This document shows positions 27,985 to 38,704 of a DNA stretch of 64,000 bases, one piece after another. Location: positions 1,696,001 through 1,760,000 of the forward strand of contig OY969814.1 of the NCBI GenBank assembly GCA_963703345.1. Direction: 5' to 3'. The number at the start of each line of letters is the position of its first letter. Within the stretch, counting starts at the first letter, position 1. This stretch comes from an uncultured Chloroflexia bacterium. GTDB taxonomy: Bacteria; Chloroflexota; Dehalococcoidia; DSTF01; JALHUB01. Below the pieces are notes generated by a model. The model saw only the letters and a program-made list of their open reading frames with translations, did not search any database and had not been told where the DNA came from. Made by a program: the position numbers and the translations under genes.

Positions 27985-29358
27985 CTACTTCCCTCCCCGA
28001 CTGCGGAAGATCAGCTTCAGCGGCGAGCCGGCAAAGCCGAAGGCCTTTCGCAACTGGTTCTCCAGATAGCGCTGGTAGGAGAAATGGAGCAGCGACGCGT
28101 CGTTCACGAAGAAGACGAAGGTCGGCGGCGCGACCTGCGCCTGCGTGACGTAAAGAACCTTCAGCTTCTTGCCGCCCTTCGACGGGGGGCCGCGCTCGCC
28201 GACCGCCCGCTGCACGACGGCGTTCACCTCCGCGGTGCTGAGGCGCTTTCGTCGCTCTTCGCCGACGGCCAGCGCCTCGTCGAGGAGGTCATTGATGCCG
28301 GTCCGCTCCTTTGCGGAGACGAAGCAGAGCGGCGCCCAGGGGAGGAAGCGCAGGTTCCGCCGGATAATTCGAACGAAATCCCTGCGATACATAGGCTCCG
28401 GCGGCACCAGGTCCCACTTGTTGACGACGAGCACGATGCCGACGTGGCTATCGACGATGAGCCCGGCGATGTGCGCGTCCTGCGCCGTCAGCCCTTCCAC
28501 AGCGTCGAGCAGCAGCAGCGCCACGTCGGCGCGCTGGGTGGCTGTCTGCGCCCGCATCACGGCGTGCTTCTCGACGCCCTTCTCGATGCGGCCGCGGCGC
28601 CGGATCCCCGCCGTGTCGATGAGCGTGAGCTTCCGGCCGCCGTACTCAAAGGGGGTGTCGATGCTGTCGCGCGTCGTGCCCGGCGTCTCGCTGACGATGA
28701 CGCGCTCCTCGCCGAGGACGGCGTTCGTCAGCATCGACTTGCCGACGTTCGGCCGGCCGACGATGGCAATCGACAGCGTTTCGGCGGTCTGCGCCTCGGG
28801 CGTTTCGGGCAGCATGTCGGCGATGACATCCATTAAGTCGGCGATGCCGGCGCCATGGAGGGCGCTGACGGCAATCGGCTCGCCGAGGCCAAGCCCGTAG
28901 AACTCGACGGCTGACTCACGGCGGTACTCGCTCTCCGTCTTGTTGGCGACGAGAAGGACCGGCTTCTCGATGCGTCGCAGGCGGTCGGCGACGTCGCGGT
29001 CAGCGGCGGTGAGGCCTTCTTTACCGTCGACGACGAAGAGGACGACTTCGGCTTCGGCGGCAGCGGCTTCCACCTGTGCCCGCACGAGCTCGCTGTAAGG
29101 CAGGGAGCCGTCCATGAGCAGACCGCCGGTATCGACGATGCGGAAGCGCTTTCGCAGCCACTCGACCTCGCCGTACAGGCGGTCGCGCGTGGTTCCGGCC
29201 GCCTCCTCGACAATCGCCTTGCGGCCGCCGAGCATGCGGTTGAACAGGGCGGACTTGCCGACGTTCGGCCGGCCGACGAGGGCGACGACGGGAACGCTTT
29301 CAGCTTCGGCCTGCGGCTCCTCCGCCGGTTGCGTCTCGGTGCGGCTGCGACGGCTCAT
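27985..29358 (-). CDS. der: Ribosome biogenesis GTPase Der (EngA)
   Basis: Two GRPNVGKS G-domains, GTTRD, DTGG/DTAG, KH-like C-terminus. Confidence 0.97.
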   Translation of the reverse strand: MSRRSRTETQPAEEPQAEAESVPVVALVGRPNVGKSALFNRMLGGRKAIVEEAAGTTRDRLYGEVEWLRKRFRIVDTGGLLMDGSLPYSELVRAQVEAAAAEAEVVLFVVDGKEGLTAADRDVADRLRRIEKPVLLVANKTESEYRRESAVEFYGLGLGEPIAVSALHGAGIADLMDVIADMLPETPEAQTAETLSIAIVGRPNVGKSMLTNAVLGEERVIVSETPGTTRDSIDTPFEYGGRKLTLIDTAGIRRRGRIEKGVEKHAVMRAQTATQRADVALLLLDAVEGLTAQDAHIAGLIVDSHVGIVLVVNKWDLVPPEPMYRRDFVRIIRRNLRFLPWAPLCFVSAKERTGINDLLDEALAVGEERRKRLSTAEVNAVVQRAVGERGPPSKGGKKLKVLYVTQAQVAPPTFVFFVNDASLLHFSYQRYLENQLRKAFGFAGSPLKLIFRSRGGK

Positions 29359-30614
29359 TGCCCCGCGATGGTCACGGATATGTCGGGCGGATCGATGCCA
29401 ACGAGCTGCACGCCGGTCGGAAGGTCGACCTTGGGAGCGAGCTGATAGACGCCCGGCGTCATGTTCGAGAGGTCGATCCTCGCCGTGACGGCGTCGCCCA
29501 GCAGGGCGTCGAGGACGGGCAACGCGCCGGAGACCGTCACGGTCAGCTCGTCGGGGGCGACGCTCGCTGTGAGCCCTTCTTTCAGGCCCTTCGTTTGGAC
29601 CGCGATCTGCAGATTGCGCTGTCCAACCGCCGGAACGACAAGCACGTGCACCACCACCTCATCGCTGCCGTAGACGCGGGCATTCGCCGGCAGGCGCAGC
29701 TTGACGCTCCGCTGAACGTCTGATTGGGCCCCGTCGACGGGGATCGTGTCTGTGGTAAGCGTCTGGATCGACTGAAGGACGTCCACCGGGCCCAAGACCA
29801 CGACGAAAGATGGGTCGGACTGGACGGCGGACACCTTGTAGCCGGCTGCGACGTCGCCGCTTATGGACGGGTTGACCGGAAAGGTCACCGCCCCTTCGGT
29901 TCTGACGACCGTCACGCTCACCTTCGCCGTATTCGGTTCGATGTTGACGTCCAGCGGGCGGCCGTCCTTGCCGCGGGCGGAGAGCACCAGCTCACGGTCC
30001 ACGTTCATCTGGACGCCGGTGAGGTTGAGGTCCACCCAGGCGGCATCGATCTGCTCCATCAGGCTGGCAGCGCCGGAGACCTCCACGGTCTGCGGCGCTA
30101 CCTTCTCGTCGGTGACGCTGTAGCCGGAGGGGGCCGTCGCTACGGTGTTTATCTTGACCGGGACCGTCTGCGTCGTGACCGGCTCGAGGGTTACATCGAC
30201 GGAGGGCGGCGTGACCTCGACCAGCTTGACGTCGCTCCGGAGAATGTCCACCTGAACGGGCAGCCTCGCCTGTCGCTGCGTTACGCCGGAGAGGTCAACC
30301 GTGGCTTTGAAATCGCCGATCGATAGGCTATTCCAGACGTCTTCGTCGGCCGTAACCCGCACCTTCACCGGCGCAATCTGGCCCGTCTTTGCCAGTCCTT
30401 GCGGCAGGTTGAGCGCCTCGACGGGGATTGAACCGGAGAAAAAAGTGGTCCGCGATGGGCTCTGCGCGTCGGTGACGACGAACCAGATCACCACCGCCAG
30501 CCCGAGGGAAAGCAGGCCGAGCGTGTACGTTTGCCGCACGAGGTCCGCGGCGTCGCTAACAAGGGCGAGGAGGCCTTTGATGAGTTCAACTGGAGAACGC
30601 ACTTCGCCTCCCAT
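29355..30614 (-). CDS. cdaR: CdaR/YbbR-like protein
   Basis: N-terminal TM (SLGLAVVIWFVV), repeated Val/Pro-rich YbbR domains, directly downstream of dacA; start uncertain. Confidence 0.85.
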   Translation of the reverse strand: MGGEVRSPVELIKGLLALVSDAADLVRQTYTLGLLSLGLAVVIWFVVTDAQSPSRTTFFSGSIPVEALNLPQGLAKTGQIAPVKVRVTADEDVWNSLSIGDFKATVDLSGVTQRQARLPVQVDILRSDVKLVEVTPPSVDVTLEPVTTQTVPVKINTVATAPSGYSVTDEKVAPQTVEVSGAASLMEQIDAAWVDLNLTGVQMNVDRELVLSARGKDGRPLDVNIEPNTAKVSVTVVRTEGAVTFPVNPSISGDVAAGYKVSAVQSDPSFVVVLGPVDVLQSIQTLTTDTIPVDGAQSDVQRSVKLRLPANARVYGSDEVVVHVLVVPAVGQRNLQIAVQTKGLKEGLTASVAPDELTVTVSGALPVLDALLGDAVTARIDLSNMTPGVYQLAPKVDLPTGVQLVGIDPPDISVTIAGQ

Positions 30615-31413
30615 TGTCGCCGTCGTCGCGGGGCGAAGCAGTAACGCCGAGGACGCTCTGGAGCGTCGCCCGCAGCCGCTTCTCGTCCAGCCACTGTGAG
30701 AGCCGCCCATTGGAAGCCACCGACACCTGGCCTGTTTCCTCGGAGACGACGACGGAAACGGCGTCTGTCAGCTCGGTGATGCCGAGTGCGGCGCGATGAC
30801 GCGTGCCGAGCATGCCCTTTCCGCTCTCGCCGGCCAGCGGCAGCGTGCAGGCGGCAGCGACGACGCGGTTTTCGCGCAGAATTACGGCGCCGTCGTGGAG
30901 GGGCGAGTTCGGGAAGAAGATGCCCTGCAGTAGCTCCACTGAGGGCGCGGCATCGACGCGGATCCCGGTGTCGATGTAGTCTTCGAGACCGGTCTCCTTC
31001 TCCAGGACGATGAGAGCGCCATGGCGGGCGCGCGAAAGGTTGCAGGCGGCGCCCGTAACAGCGTCGATGAGCTGGTCATAGCTCGGTCTGCCCAGCCAGG
31101 CGCGACGGCCGGTCCTGCCGAGACGCTCCAGGGCGCGTCGCAGCTCCGGCTGGAAGACGATCGGGATCCCGATGAGGACGGCGATAAGGGAGTTGCGCAG
31201 GAGGAACGTGAGCACCTTGAGGTCGAAGATGCGAGCCAGCAGGAAGGCGCCGACGAAGACAAAAGCTATGCCGCGCAGGACGGACATCGCTGTGGTTCGC
31301 CGGAGGAGCAGCAAGACCCAGTAGATGATGGCGGCGATCAGCAGGATGTCGACAACGGCGCGCCAGTCAAGTCGCGACAGGTTCTCGCTGATGGCGTTGA
31401 GCAGGTCTTGCAT
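30586..31413 (-). CDS. dacA: Diadenylate cyclase CdaA/DacA
   Basis: Three TM segments, FQPELRRALE, PLHDGA, GTRHRAALG, VVSEETG. Confidence 0.96.
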   Translation of the reverse strand: MQDLLNAISENLSRLDWRAVVDILLIAAIIYWVLLLLRRTTAMSVLRGIAFVFVGAFLLARIFDLKVLTFLLRNSLIAVLIGIPIVFQPELRRALERLGRTGRRAWLGRPSYDQLIDAVTGAACNLSRARHGALIVLEKETGLEDYIDTGIRVDAAPSVELLQGIFFPNSPLHDGAVILRENRVVAAACTLPLAGESGKGMLGTRHRAALGITELTDAVSVVVSEETGQVSVASNGRLSQWLDEKRLRATLQSVLGVTASPRDDGDNGRRSAFSS

Positions 31414-31447
31414 CTCGCGCCGCCCCAGTCTCCCGCCGAGCCCGAAT

Positions 31448-32365
31448 CTAGCCGTCCGCCAAGAGCAACGCCAGGATGGCCCGCTGAGCGTGCAGCCGGT
31501 TCTCCGCCTGGTCGAACACGACCGACTGCGGCCCCTCGATCACCTCGTCGGCTATCTCTTCGCCGCGGTGGGCGGGCAGATCGTGCATCAGAATCACGTC
31601 CGGCGGCGCCAGCGAGAGCAGCTCTGCATTCACCTGGTAGCCCTCGAACGCCTTCAGACGCTCGTCGTAGCTGTCCTCCTGGCCCATGCTGATCCAGACG
31701 TCGGTGTAGACCACGTCGGCCTGCTTCACGGCCTCCCGCGGCGAACGGACGACGTCGATGCGGGCGCCGTTGCTGCTCGCGAACTGACGCGCGTGGGCGA
31801 GGGTCTTTTCGCCGAGCTCGTACCCCTCAGGCGAGGCGATGACGAAGCTCATGCCGACCATCGCTGCGGCCTGGGCCAGCGACGTGGCGACGTTATTGCC
31901 GTCGCCGATGAAGGCGACCGTCAGACCGTGGAAGTGCCCTCTTCGCTCGTAGATCGTGACGAGATCGGCGACGGCCTGACAGGGGTGCTCTTCGTCGGAA
32001 AGGGCGTTCACGACGGGGACCGTCGCCGAGGCGGCGAGATCGACGAGCGTTTGCTGGGCGTAGGTGCGAGCGACGATGCCGTCTACGTAGCGACTGAGCA
32101 CGCGCGCCACGTCCGCCACCGACTCGCGCTGGCCGAGGCCGACCTCGCTCTGGCCAAGGTAGATAGCCTGGCCGCCGAGCTGCTGCATCGCGACGTTGAA
32201 GCTGACGTTCGTCCGCAGCGACGCCTTCTCGAACAGGAGCGCCAGGGTCTTGCCGTCGAGGAGGCGCGGATAGCCGTTGCGCTTCATCTCGACGGCGAGG
32301 TCGACAATTCGGCGCAGCTCTTCGGGCGTCAGGTCAGCGATGGACAGCAGGTCGCGTCCGCGCAT
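31448..32365 (-). CDS. argF: Ornithine carbamoyltransferase
   Basis: FEKASLRT, HPCQ, GDGNN, YTDVWISMG, HDLPAHRG, QAENRLH; TGcTATACT and GGAG upstream. Confidence 0.94.
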   Translation of the reverse strand: MRGRDLLSIADLTPEELRRIVDLAVEMKRNGYPRLLDGKTLALLFEKASLRTNVSFNVAMQQLGGQAIYLGQSEVGLGQRESVADVARVLSRYVDGIVARTYAQQTLVDLAASATVPVVNALSDEEHPCQAVADLVTIYERRGHFHGLTVAFIGDGNNVATSLAQAAAMVGMSFVIASPEGYELGEKTLAHARQFASSNGARIDVVRSPREAVKQADVVYTDVWISMGQEDSYDERLKAFEGYQVNAELLSLAPPDVILMHDLPAHRGEEIADEVIEGPQSVVFDQAENRLHAQRAILALLLADG

Positions 32366-32502
32366 GATGGCTCCTATCTCAACCTGAGAAGTATAGCATA
32401 GCGCCATTCCGGCAGACAGCGGGCGACCCGGCCTTGACCGTGAGTGGCCACAGATTGTAAGCTCGCTTGCGCGTCTCGCCTTTTCAGGGGAAAGGACTTC
32501 CC

Positions 32503-33096
32503 GTGGTCGCCGGGCTGGAACGGAATCGCAGCGTCGTGCTCGCCGCGCTTTGCGCCGTCATCGTCGCCGGCCTCGTCATCCTCGTCCTGCAGCGGCGTAA
32601 CGGACCCCGGCCCCTCGAGCTTCGCTTCGACGACCCCTCGCTCGGCGGCACGGCTATCGAGGTCTACGTTGCCGGCGCTGTCACCAATCCCGGCGTCTAC
32701 ACGCTACATGACGGCGACCGCATCGCCGATGCCCTCGCGGCCGCCGGCGGCGCGACGGACCAGGCGGACGTGGCGTCGCTGAACCTGGCCGAGCGCGTCC
32801 ATGACGAAGGTCAGGTGGTCGTGCGGAGTGTGGGCAGCGTCGCGGGGGCTTCCGTGACCGCGAGCGCGTCGCCCACGGCTGCGCCCCTCGTCGCCGGCGA
32901 GAAGATCAACATCAACACGGCCAGCGCGGCGGAGCTAGACAAGCTGCCCGGCATAGGCACCGTCTACTCGCAGCGGATCGTCGAATCGCGACAAGCGATC
33001 GGGCCGTTCCGCAGCACGGACGAACTGGTCTCGCGAAAGCTGATACCCTCAGCAACCTACAACAAGATCAAGGACTCCATCACGGTGACGCCGTGA
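32503..33096 (+). CDS. comEA: Competence DNA-binding protein ComEA
   Basis: N-terminal TM, SLBB domain (VAGAVTNPGVY), HhH KININTAS..LPGIG. Confidence 0.92.
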   Translation: MVAGLERNRSVVLAALCAVIVAGLVILVLQRRNGPRPLELRFDDPSLGGTAIEVYVAGAVTNPGVYTLHDGDRIADALAAAGGATDQADVASLNLAERVHDEGQVVVRSVGSVAGASVTASASPTAAPLVAGEKININTASAAELDKLPGIGTVYSQRIVESRQAIGPFRSTDELVSRKLIPSATYNKIKDSITVTP

Positions 33097-35561
33097 CGCT
33101 GGCCTATCTCGCCGCCGCCTGGTTCTTCGGGACCGTCGCTGCCGCTCTGGGTTGGGACGCGCGCTGGACGGCAGGCGCGGGAATGGCCGTCTGCGGCGTC
33201 GCCGTCGTCGCCAACCTCGTCCGCCGGCGACCGACCGGGGCGCTCCTCGTCCTCATTTGCGGCGGCCTGTTTGCCGGCGCCTTCTTCCGCTTCGATGCCG
33301 GCGGGACATCGCCGACAGATAGTGGCATCGCCGCCTTCAACGACGGCGCGGCGGTCACGTTCCAGGCCATCGCCGCGGATGACTCCGAGGAGCACGGCCG
33401 CACTATCTCGACGCGGCTGCGCGTGATGCAACTCCAGGCGGACAGCGGCGACCCGCGACCGATGAGCGGAGGCGTCCTGTTGTGGGAGCCGTCGACGTCG
33501 CCACGGCACCGCTACGGCGACGTGCTGGAGATCACGGGCAAGCTCACTTCGCCGAGCCCGCTGCCCAACTTCGACTACCCGCAATACCTGGCGCAACAGG
33601 GCATCGGCTCTGTCGCCGACTTCCCGACCGTGAAGGACATCGGCTCCAACAACGGGAACGCCGTGCTCCTGGCCGCCCATCGCCTGCGACGGGGCCTTTC
33701 GTCGGCGCTGGCGGAGGCCTTGCCGCAACCGCAGGCGGCGCTTGCGCAGGGGATTCTGCTGGGAGAGCGATCCGTGCTGCCGCAGGATCTGAAAGACGAC
33801 CTGAATGCAACCAGCACGTCGCACATCATCGCTCTTTCCGGCTACAACGTGACTCTTGTCGCCGGCTTCTGTATCGGCGCCCTCGCCTGGCTGATCGGAC
33901 GGCGACGGGCGGCGCTGCTGGCGCTCTTTGCCATCGGGGGCTATGTGCTGCTCACCGGCGTCTCGCCTAGCCTCCTGCGGGCAGCGATCATGGGCGGGCT
34001 CTACATCTTCGCGACGCTGCTGGGCCGGCCGAACAGCGGTCCGGCGCCCCTGCTGCTGGCCGGCGCGGTGATGGCGGTGCTGCAGCCGTCGGTGGTTACG
34101 GACGTGTCCTTCCAGCTCAGCTTCGCTGCGACGGCCGGTCTCATCGTGCTCGTGCCTTTGTTTCGCGAGCGGATCGTCGCCGCATCGCAGCGATTCGGCG
34201 GACTGCAGGCGCATCTCCAGCAAGGGCCTCTGAGCGCCCTGTTCGAGATCGCGGTGGTCACGGCCGCGGCTTCGTTGGCGTCGCTGCCGCTCATCGCGCT
34301 TCACTTCCAGCGAGTGTCGCTCGTCGCCCTGCCGGCGAACGTGGTCGTGCTGCCGTCGGTGCCATTCATCATGCTCAGCTCGATGCCGGTGGCGCTGGCG
34401 GGGCTCGTCTGGCAGCCGCTGGCGCACTTCCTCGGCTATTTCGCCTGGGCGGGCCTGACGTACATGACTACCAGCGTGCGACTCTTCGCGGCGCTGCCGT
34501 TCGCGTCGCTGGAGCTGAACCGCTTCAACGCCGAACAATGTGCGTTGGCGTACGGGTTGCTCGCTGCGCTAACGTGGCTGCTGAGCCGTCGACGGCCGGG
34601 AAGCGGGACTCTGCGTCGCATTCGACGTCCCCTCCAACGCGTCTTGGCGTTGCCGGCGCGTCCGCTGCGGGCCGTCCCGACAGTGTGGCTGGCCAGCGCC
34701 CTGGCGCTGCCGGCGCTACTCACCTGGACAGCCGTTTTCTCCGCGCCGAACGGACGGCTGACGGTCGAGACGCTCGACGTCGGGCAGGGCGACGCCATTC
34801 TCATCCGCACGCCGGACGGGCAGAAGCTGCTGATCGACGGCGGACCGGACGGAGCGGCCGTGGAGCGAGCGCTGGACGAAGAGCTGCCGTTTTGGGACCG
34901 CAGTCTGGACGTGGTGCTGTCCACGCACAGCGACGCCGACCACCTGACCGGCCTCATCACCGTCGTCCAGCGCTACGATGTCGGGCAGGTGATAGAAGCG
35001 CCGATTGAGACGGATACCGCGCTCGTCAACGAATGGAACAACCTGCTGAACGAGAAGGCGATTCCGCATCAGGAGGTCGAAGCGGGCGGTTGGGTCAACC
35101 TGGGACACGGCGCCCGCATTCAGGTGCTGGGCCCACCGCAGCCGCCGCTCTCAGGGACGAGCGCCGATACGAACAACAACTCGCTGGTGCTCAAGCTTAC
35201 GTGGGGGAGCGTCAGCTTCCTTCTTACGGGCGACATCCAGGGCCCCGGCGAGACGGCGCTTCTGAGCGAGCACGTTAACTTGCGGGCGACGGTGCTCAAG
35301 GTGCCGCACCACGGCTCCGCCTACTCGTCCGGGCAGGCGCTGATCGATGCCGTGCGTCCGGTTGTGTCCGTCATCTCCGTCGGCGCGGACAACCGCTTCG
35401 GCGAGCCGGCAGCTTCGACGCTTGCGCGTCTGGACGATAGCATCGTCTACCGGACGGACCAGCAGGGCGACGTCACGTTCTCGACCGACGGCGAACGGTT
35501 GTGGATCTCCAGCCAGCGGGACCCGCCGCCGCTGCCGTCGCGCTTCTCAGCAGCGAACTAG
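33093..35561 (+). CDS. comEC: DNA uptake channel ComEC/Rec2
   Basis: DUF4131/OB region, SHIIALSGYN, RAAIM, SFQLSF, MBL domain DVGQGD, THSDADH, LKVPHHGS. Confidence 0.94.
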   Translation: MTLAYLAAAWFFGTVAAALGWDARWTAGAGMAVCGVAVVANLVRRRPTGALLVLICGGLFAGAFFRFDAGGTSPTDSGIAAFNDGAAVTFQAIAADDSEEHGRTISTRLRVMQLQADSGDPRPMSGGVLLWEPSTSPRHRYGDVLEITGKLTSPSPLPNFDYPQYLAQQGIGSVADFPTVKDIGSNNGNAVLLAAHRLRRGLSSALAEALPQPQAALAQGILLGERSVLPQDLKDDLNATSTSHIIALSGYNVTLVAGFCIGALAWLIGRRRAALLALFAIGGYVLLTGVSPSLLRAAIMGGLYIFATLLGRPNSGPAPLLLAGAVMAVLQPSVVTDVSFQLSFAATAGLIVLVPLFRERIVAASQRFGGLQAHLQQGPLSALFEIAVVTAAASLASLPLIALHFQRVSLVALPANVVVLPSVPFIMLSSMPVALAGLVWQPLAHFLGYFAWAGLTYMTTSVRLFAALPFASLELNRFNAEQCALAYGLLAALTWLLSRRRPGSGTLRRIRRPLQRVLALPARPLRAVPTVWLASALALPALLTWTAVFSAPNGRLTVETLDVGQGDAILIRTPDGQKLLIDGGPDGAAVERALDEELPFWDRSLDVVLSTHSDADHLTGLITVVQRYDVGQVIEAPIETDTALVNEWNNLLNEKAIPHQEVEAGGWVNLGHGARIQVLGPPQPPLSGTSADTNNNSLVLKLTWGSVSFLLTGDIQGPGETALLSEHVNLRATVLKVPHHGSAYSSGQALIDAVRPVVSVISVGADNRFGEPAASTLARLDDSIVYRTDQQGDVTFSTDGERLWISSQRDPPPLPSRFSAAN

Positions 35562-35615
35562 AGTGCTATACTCCCGTTGCCCTCCATCCCGAGTCGCTTA
35601 AGCGAAAGGAGCAGC

Positions 35616-36365
35616 ATGGAGAGACTAGACGGCCGCCGGCCTGACCAACTGCGACCGGTGCGCATCGTGCCCGGCTACCTGCCGAACGCCGAGGGCTCGG
35701 CGCTCATCGAGCAGGGAGGCACAGTCGTCCTTTGCGCCGTCAGCGTCGAGGACAGGCTGCCAGCGTTCCTGCGCGACAGAGGTGGCGGAGGCGGCTGGGT
35801 GACCGCCGAGTACGGAATGCTGCCCCGCTCCACGAACACGCGCATGGTGCGGGAAGCGACTGTCGGACGCGTCGGCGGACGAACGCATGAGATACAACGC
35901 CTGATCGGCCGGGCGCTGCGGGCGGTGACGCGGCTGGACGTACTCGGCGAGCGCACGTTCACCGTCGACTGCGATGTGATTCGGGCAGACGGCGGCACCC
36001 GCTGCGCCGCGATTACCGGCGCCTACGTCGCCCTTCGGCAGGCCTGCGAGAATATGCTGGCGCGTCGCACTCTCTCGACGATGCCGCTGCGCGACGCCCT
36101 CGCCGCCGTCAGCGTCGGCGTCGTTGGTGGCGTGGCGTTGCTCGACCTGACGTACGAGGAGGACTCGCGCGCCGAGGCCGACTTCAACGTGGCGCTCACC
36201 GCTTCGGGCGAGTTCGTCGAGGTACAGGGTTCCGCGGAGAGCGCGCCGTTCCCGCGGGCGAGGCTCGACGAGGTGCTGCGACTCGCCGGCAAGGGGATCG
36301 AGGAGCTGCTGTCGGCGCAAACGGAGGCGCTGGCGGCACTGAGCCTGCCACAGTCCGGCGAGTAG
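35616..36365 (+). CDS. rph: Ribonuclease PH
   Basis: AEGSAL, GWVTAEYGMLPRST, RTHEIQRLIGR, DGGTR, EVQGSAE. Confidence 0.96.
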   Translation: MERLDGRRPDQLRPVRIVPGYLPNAEGSALIEQGGTVVLCAVSVEDRLPAFLRDRGGGGGWVTAEYGMLPRSTNTRMVREATVGRVGGRTHEIQRLIGRALRAVTRLDVLGERTFTVDCDVIRADGGTRCAAITGAYVALRQACENMLARRTLSTMPLRDALAAVSVGVVGGVALLDLTYEEDSRAEADFNVALTASGEFVEVQGSAESAPFPRARLDEVLRLAGKGIEELLSAQTEALAALSLPQSGE

Positions 36366-36368
36366 GCG

Positions 36369-36692
36369 TCAGGCGTACTCTCCCAGCCGGATGCCCCCGA
36401 GCACGTGGATGTGGCCGTGCGCCTGCGTCTGAAGGGCGTCGAAGCCGAAGTTGGCCAGCAGACGGAAGCCGTTCGGACAGTGCTTCTCGCCCATCACCAT
36501 GGCCACCTCGGTTACGCGTCCCGGGTCGCGCCATAGCTCCTGCTGCGTCACGTGCCGTCGGGGCACGACGAGCAGCATCACGGGTACCCAGCGGAGCCGG
36601 TTGCGGAACACGACGACGTCATCGTCCTCGAAGACAATCTCCGCCGGCATCTTTCGGTCGATGATGTCGCAGAAAGCGCAGTTGTAGACCAT
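36369..36692 (-). CDS. HIT family nucleotide-binding protein
   Basis: CAFCDII, Q..AHGHIHVLGG histidine triad. Confidence 0.9.
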   Translation of the reverse strand: MVYNCAFCDIIDRKMPAEIVFEDDDVVVFRNRLRWVPVMLLVVPRRHVTQQELWRDPGRVTEVAMVMGEKHCPNGFRLLANFGFDALQTQAHGHIHVLGGIRLGEYA

Positions 36693-36786
36693 CAGCGGCT
36701 CCCCGGGTATGCTGGCCCTGGGTTCATTCTAGGTAGGGCCTTCGATTGCGGTCAATTCGCCCCATCGCGTCACGAACAGGAGCGAC

Positions 36787-38082
36787 GTGGCAGAAGTCCT
36801 TCCTTTTCGCGGCCTGCGCTACGCCGAAGCCGACCTCTCGGCGCTGATCTGCCCGCCATATGACGTGATATCGTCGGCGGAGCAGCGGGAGCTCTACGAA
36901 CGCAGTCCTCTGAACGTCGTGCGGCTGGAGTGCGGCGAATCGAAGCCGGACGGCGGGCCGTCGGACAATCGCTACACACGGGCGGCGGCGACGCTGCGGG
37001 AATGGCTGGACATGGGCGTTCTCCGACGCGACGAGTCGGAGTCGTTCTACGTCCACGACCAGCAGTTCGAGCACGACGGCCGGCTGCCGACGCGGCGGGG
37101 TCTGCTGGCGCGCGTCCGCCTCTACGATTGGAACGAGGGTCCGGTCCTGCCGCACGAGCACACCCTCAGGCGCCCGAAGGAAGACCGTCTGCACCTCTTG
37201 CGGGCGACGCGTCTCAACATCAGCCCCATCATGGCGCTTTTCCACGACGACGACGCGAGCGTGCGAGGGGCGGTCGAGGCGGCGGCCGGCGCGAAGACGC
37301 CTTTGGCGACGGCCAACGCGAACGGCGAGCAGCACAGTCTGCGGCGAATCTACGACGCAGGCGCTATTGAGTCGCTACGACGGCTTCTCAGTGACAAGAC
37401 CCTCTACGTCGTCGACGGCCACCACCGCTATGAGACGGCGCTGGCCTACCTGAAGGAGCAGCGCTCTAAGGCGCGCGCCTGGACGGGCGACGAACCGGAG
37501 AACTTCGCGCTGATGGCGCTCGTGGCCCGCGAAGACCGGGGTCTCCTGGTCCTACCGACCCATCGCCTGCTGAAAGATGTGCCGGTCCCAGGCGACTTCG
37601 TTGATCGGTTAAAGCGCTGCTTCGTGCTGGACGACGTCAGCGACGCTGGCGGCTGGACCGAGCTGCGATCGCTTCTCGCGGCGAGGAGCGAGGAGCGTCC
37701 GGCCTTCGCCCTGGCGATGGGCAGCCGGCGTCTGATCGCTCAGGTCCGCGATGATCGTCGCATAGCCGCCAGCATACCCGCGGATGCCTCGCCTTCCTGG
37801 CGCGCACTTGACGCGGCCGTGCTGCAGGAGATCGTGTTGCGCGGCATCCTCGGCATCGACCAGCAAAGCGCCGCCGCGGACGGATCGCTGGCATTCACGC
37901 ATGACGGCGACGAGGCGCTGCGACTCGTCGAATCGGGCGCGTACCGGCTAGCGTTCCTGCTGCGCCCGACGCCGCTGGAGCGCCTGCTCACGCTGGCGGA
38001 CGCCGGCGAGCGAATGCCACAAAAATCGACCTACTTCCTCCCCAAGCTGCCTGCGGGCCTCGTGATGAACCCCCTCGACTAG
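36787..38082 (+). CDS. DUF1015 family protein
   Basis: PFRGLRY, PPYDVI, PHEHT, DGHHRYETA, PTHR, MPQKSTYFLPK. Confidence 0.9.
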   Translation: MAEVLPFRGLRYAEADLSALICPPYDVISSAEQRELYERSPLNVVRLECGESKPDGGPSDNRYTRAAATLREWLDMGVLRRDESESFYVHDQQFEHDGRLPTRRGLLARVRLYDWNEGPVLPHEHTLRRPKEDRLHLLRATRLNISPIMALFHDDDASVRGAVEAAAGAKTPLATANANGEQHSLRRIYDAGAIESLRRLLSDKTLYVVDGHHRYETALAYLKEQRSKARAWTGDEPENFALMALVAREDRGLLVLPTHRLLKDVPVPGDFVDRLKRCFVLDDVSDAGGWTELRSLLAARSEERPAFALAMGSRRLIAQVRDDRRIAASIPADASPSWRALDAAVLQEIVLRGILGIDQQSAAADGSLAFTHDGDEALRLVESGAYRLAFLLRPTPLERLLTLADAGERMPQKSTYFLPKLPAGLVMNPLD

Positions 38083-38206
38083 GCGCGTCCCTCCGTCCTG
38101 CCGGCGGATGCGTGCAGGATTTGTGAAAGCTGCTGCGGAGCGTGGATTCCTTTCTCCCGGAGAGTGTAGAATAGGCTTATGGAAAGTGCTCCCGGGGAGG
38201 GGACGG

Positions 38207-38605
38207 ATGGCGGACCAACTCCAGCGCGAGATTGAAGACCTCCTCAACAAGCTGGACGACTTCATTCCTGAGCAGAAGGCGACGACCCGGTTGCGCAAGC
38301 GGCTCGGCGAACGGATCGGCAGTCTCGCGCGGCGGCTGGGGGCGGCTTTCTCGCGCGCGTCGCTGGGGCACTTGATGCTCGTGTCGCTCGTGCTCATATT
38401 CATTGCGTTTGCCTTCCGCTCCAGCGCCATTGGCCATTACGCTCTTTTCGCCGGGCTGGGCCTGCTGGCGCTGACCATCGTCATCTCCTTCGTGACGAAC
38501 CGGCGGGCGCCCGAAAAGCGCTGGCGGGGGCAGGTCGTCGACCTGTCGGGGCCAAGCATGGCCGACCGGCTGCAGGGCTGGTTCAAGAAGCGGCACAATC
38601 GTTGA
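38207..38605 (+). CDS. Hypothetical two-TM membrane protein
   Basis: GGAGG RBS, REIEDLL N-terminus, two TM segments, C-terminal WRGQ motif. Confidence 0.7.
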   Translation: MADQLQREIEDLLNKLDDFIPEQKATTRLRKRLGERIGSLARRLGAAFSRASLGHLMLVSLVLIFIAFAFRSSAIGHYALFAGLGLLALTIVISFVTNRRAPEKRWRGQVVDLSGPSMADRLQGWFKKRHNR

Positions 38606-38704
38606 TTTCGCGCTTCCCGCATTATCGTCCGCCCGTCATTCCCTGCGACCTCTTGTGGCTGTGACGGCGCTGTAGTAACATCCAGCAGAGCCGGAGGCTG
38701 CCTC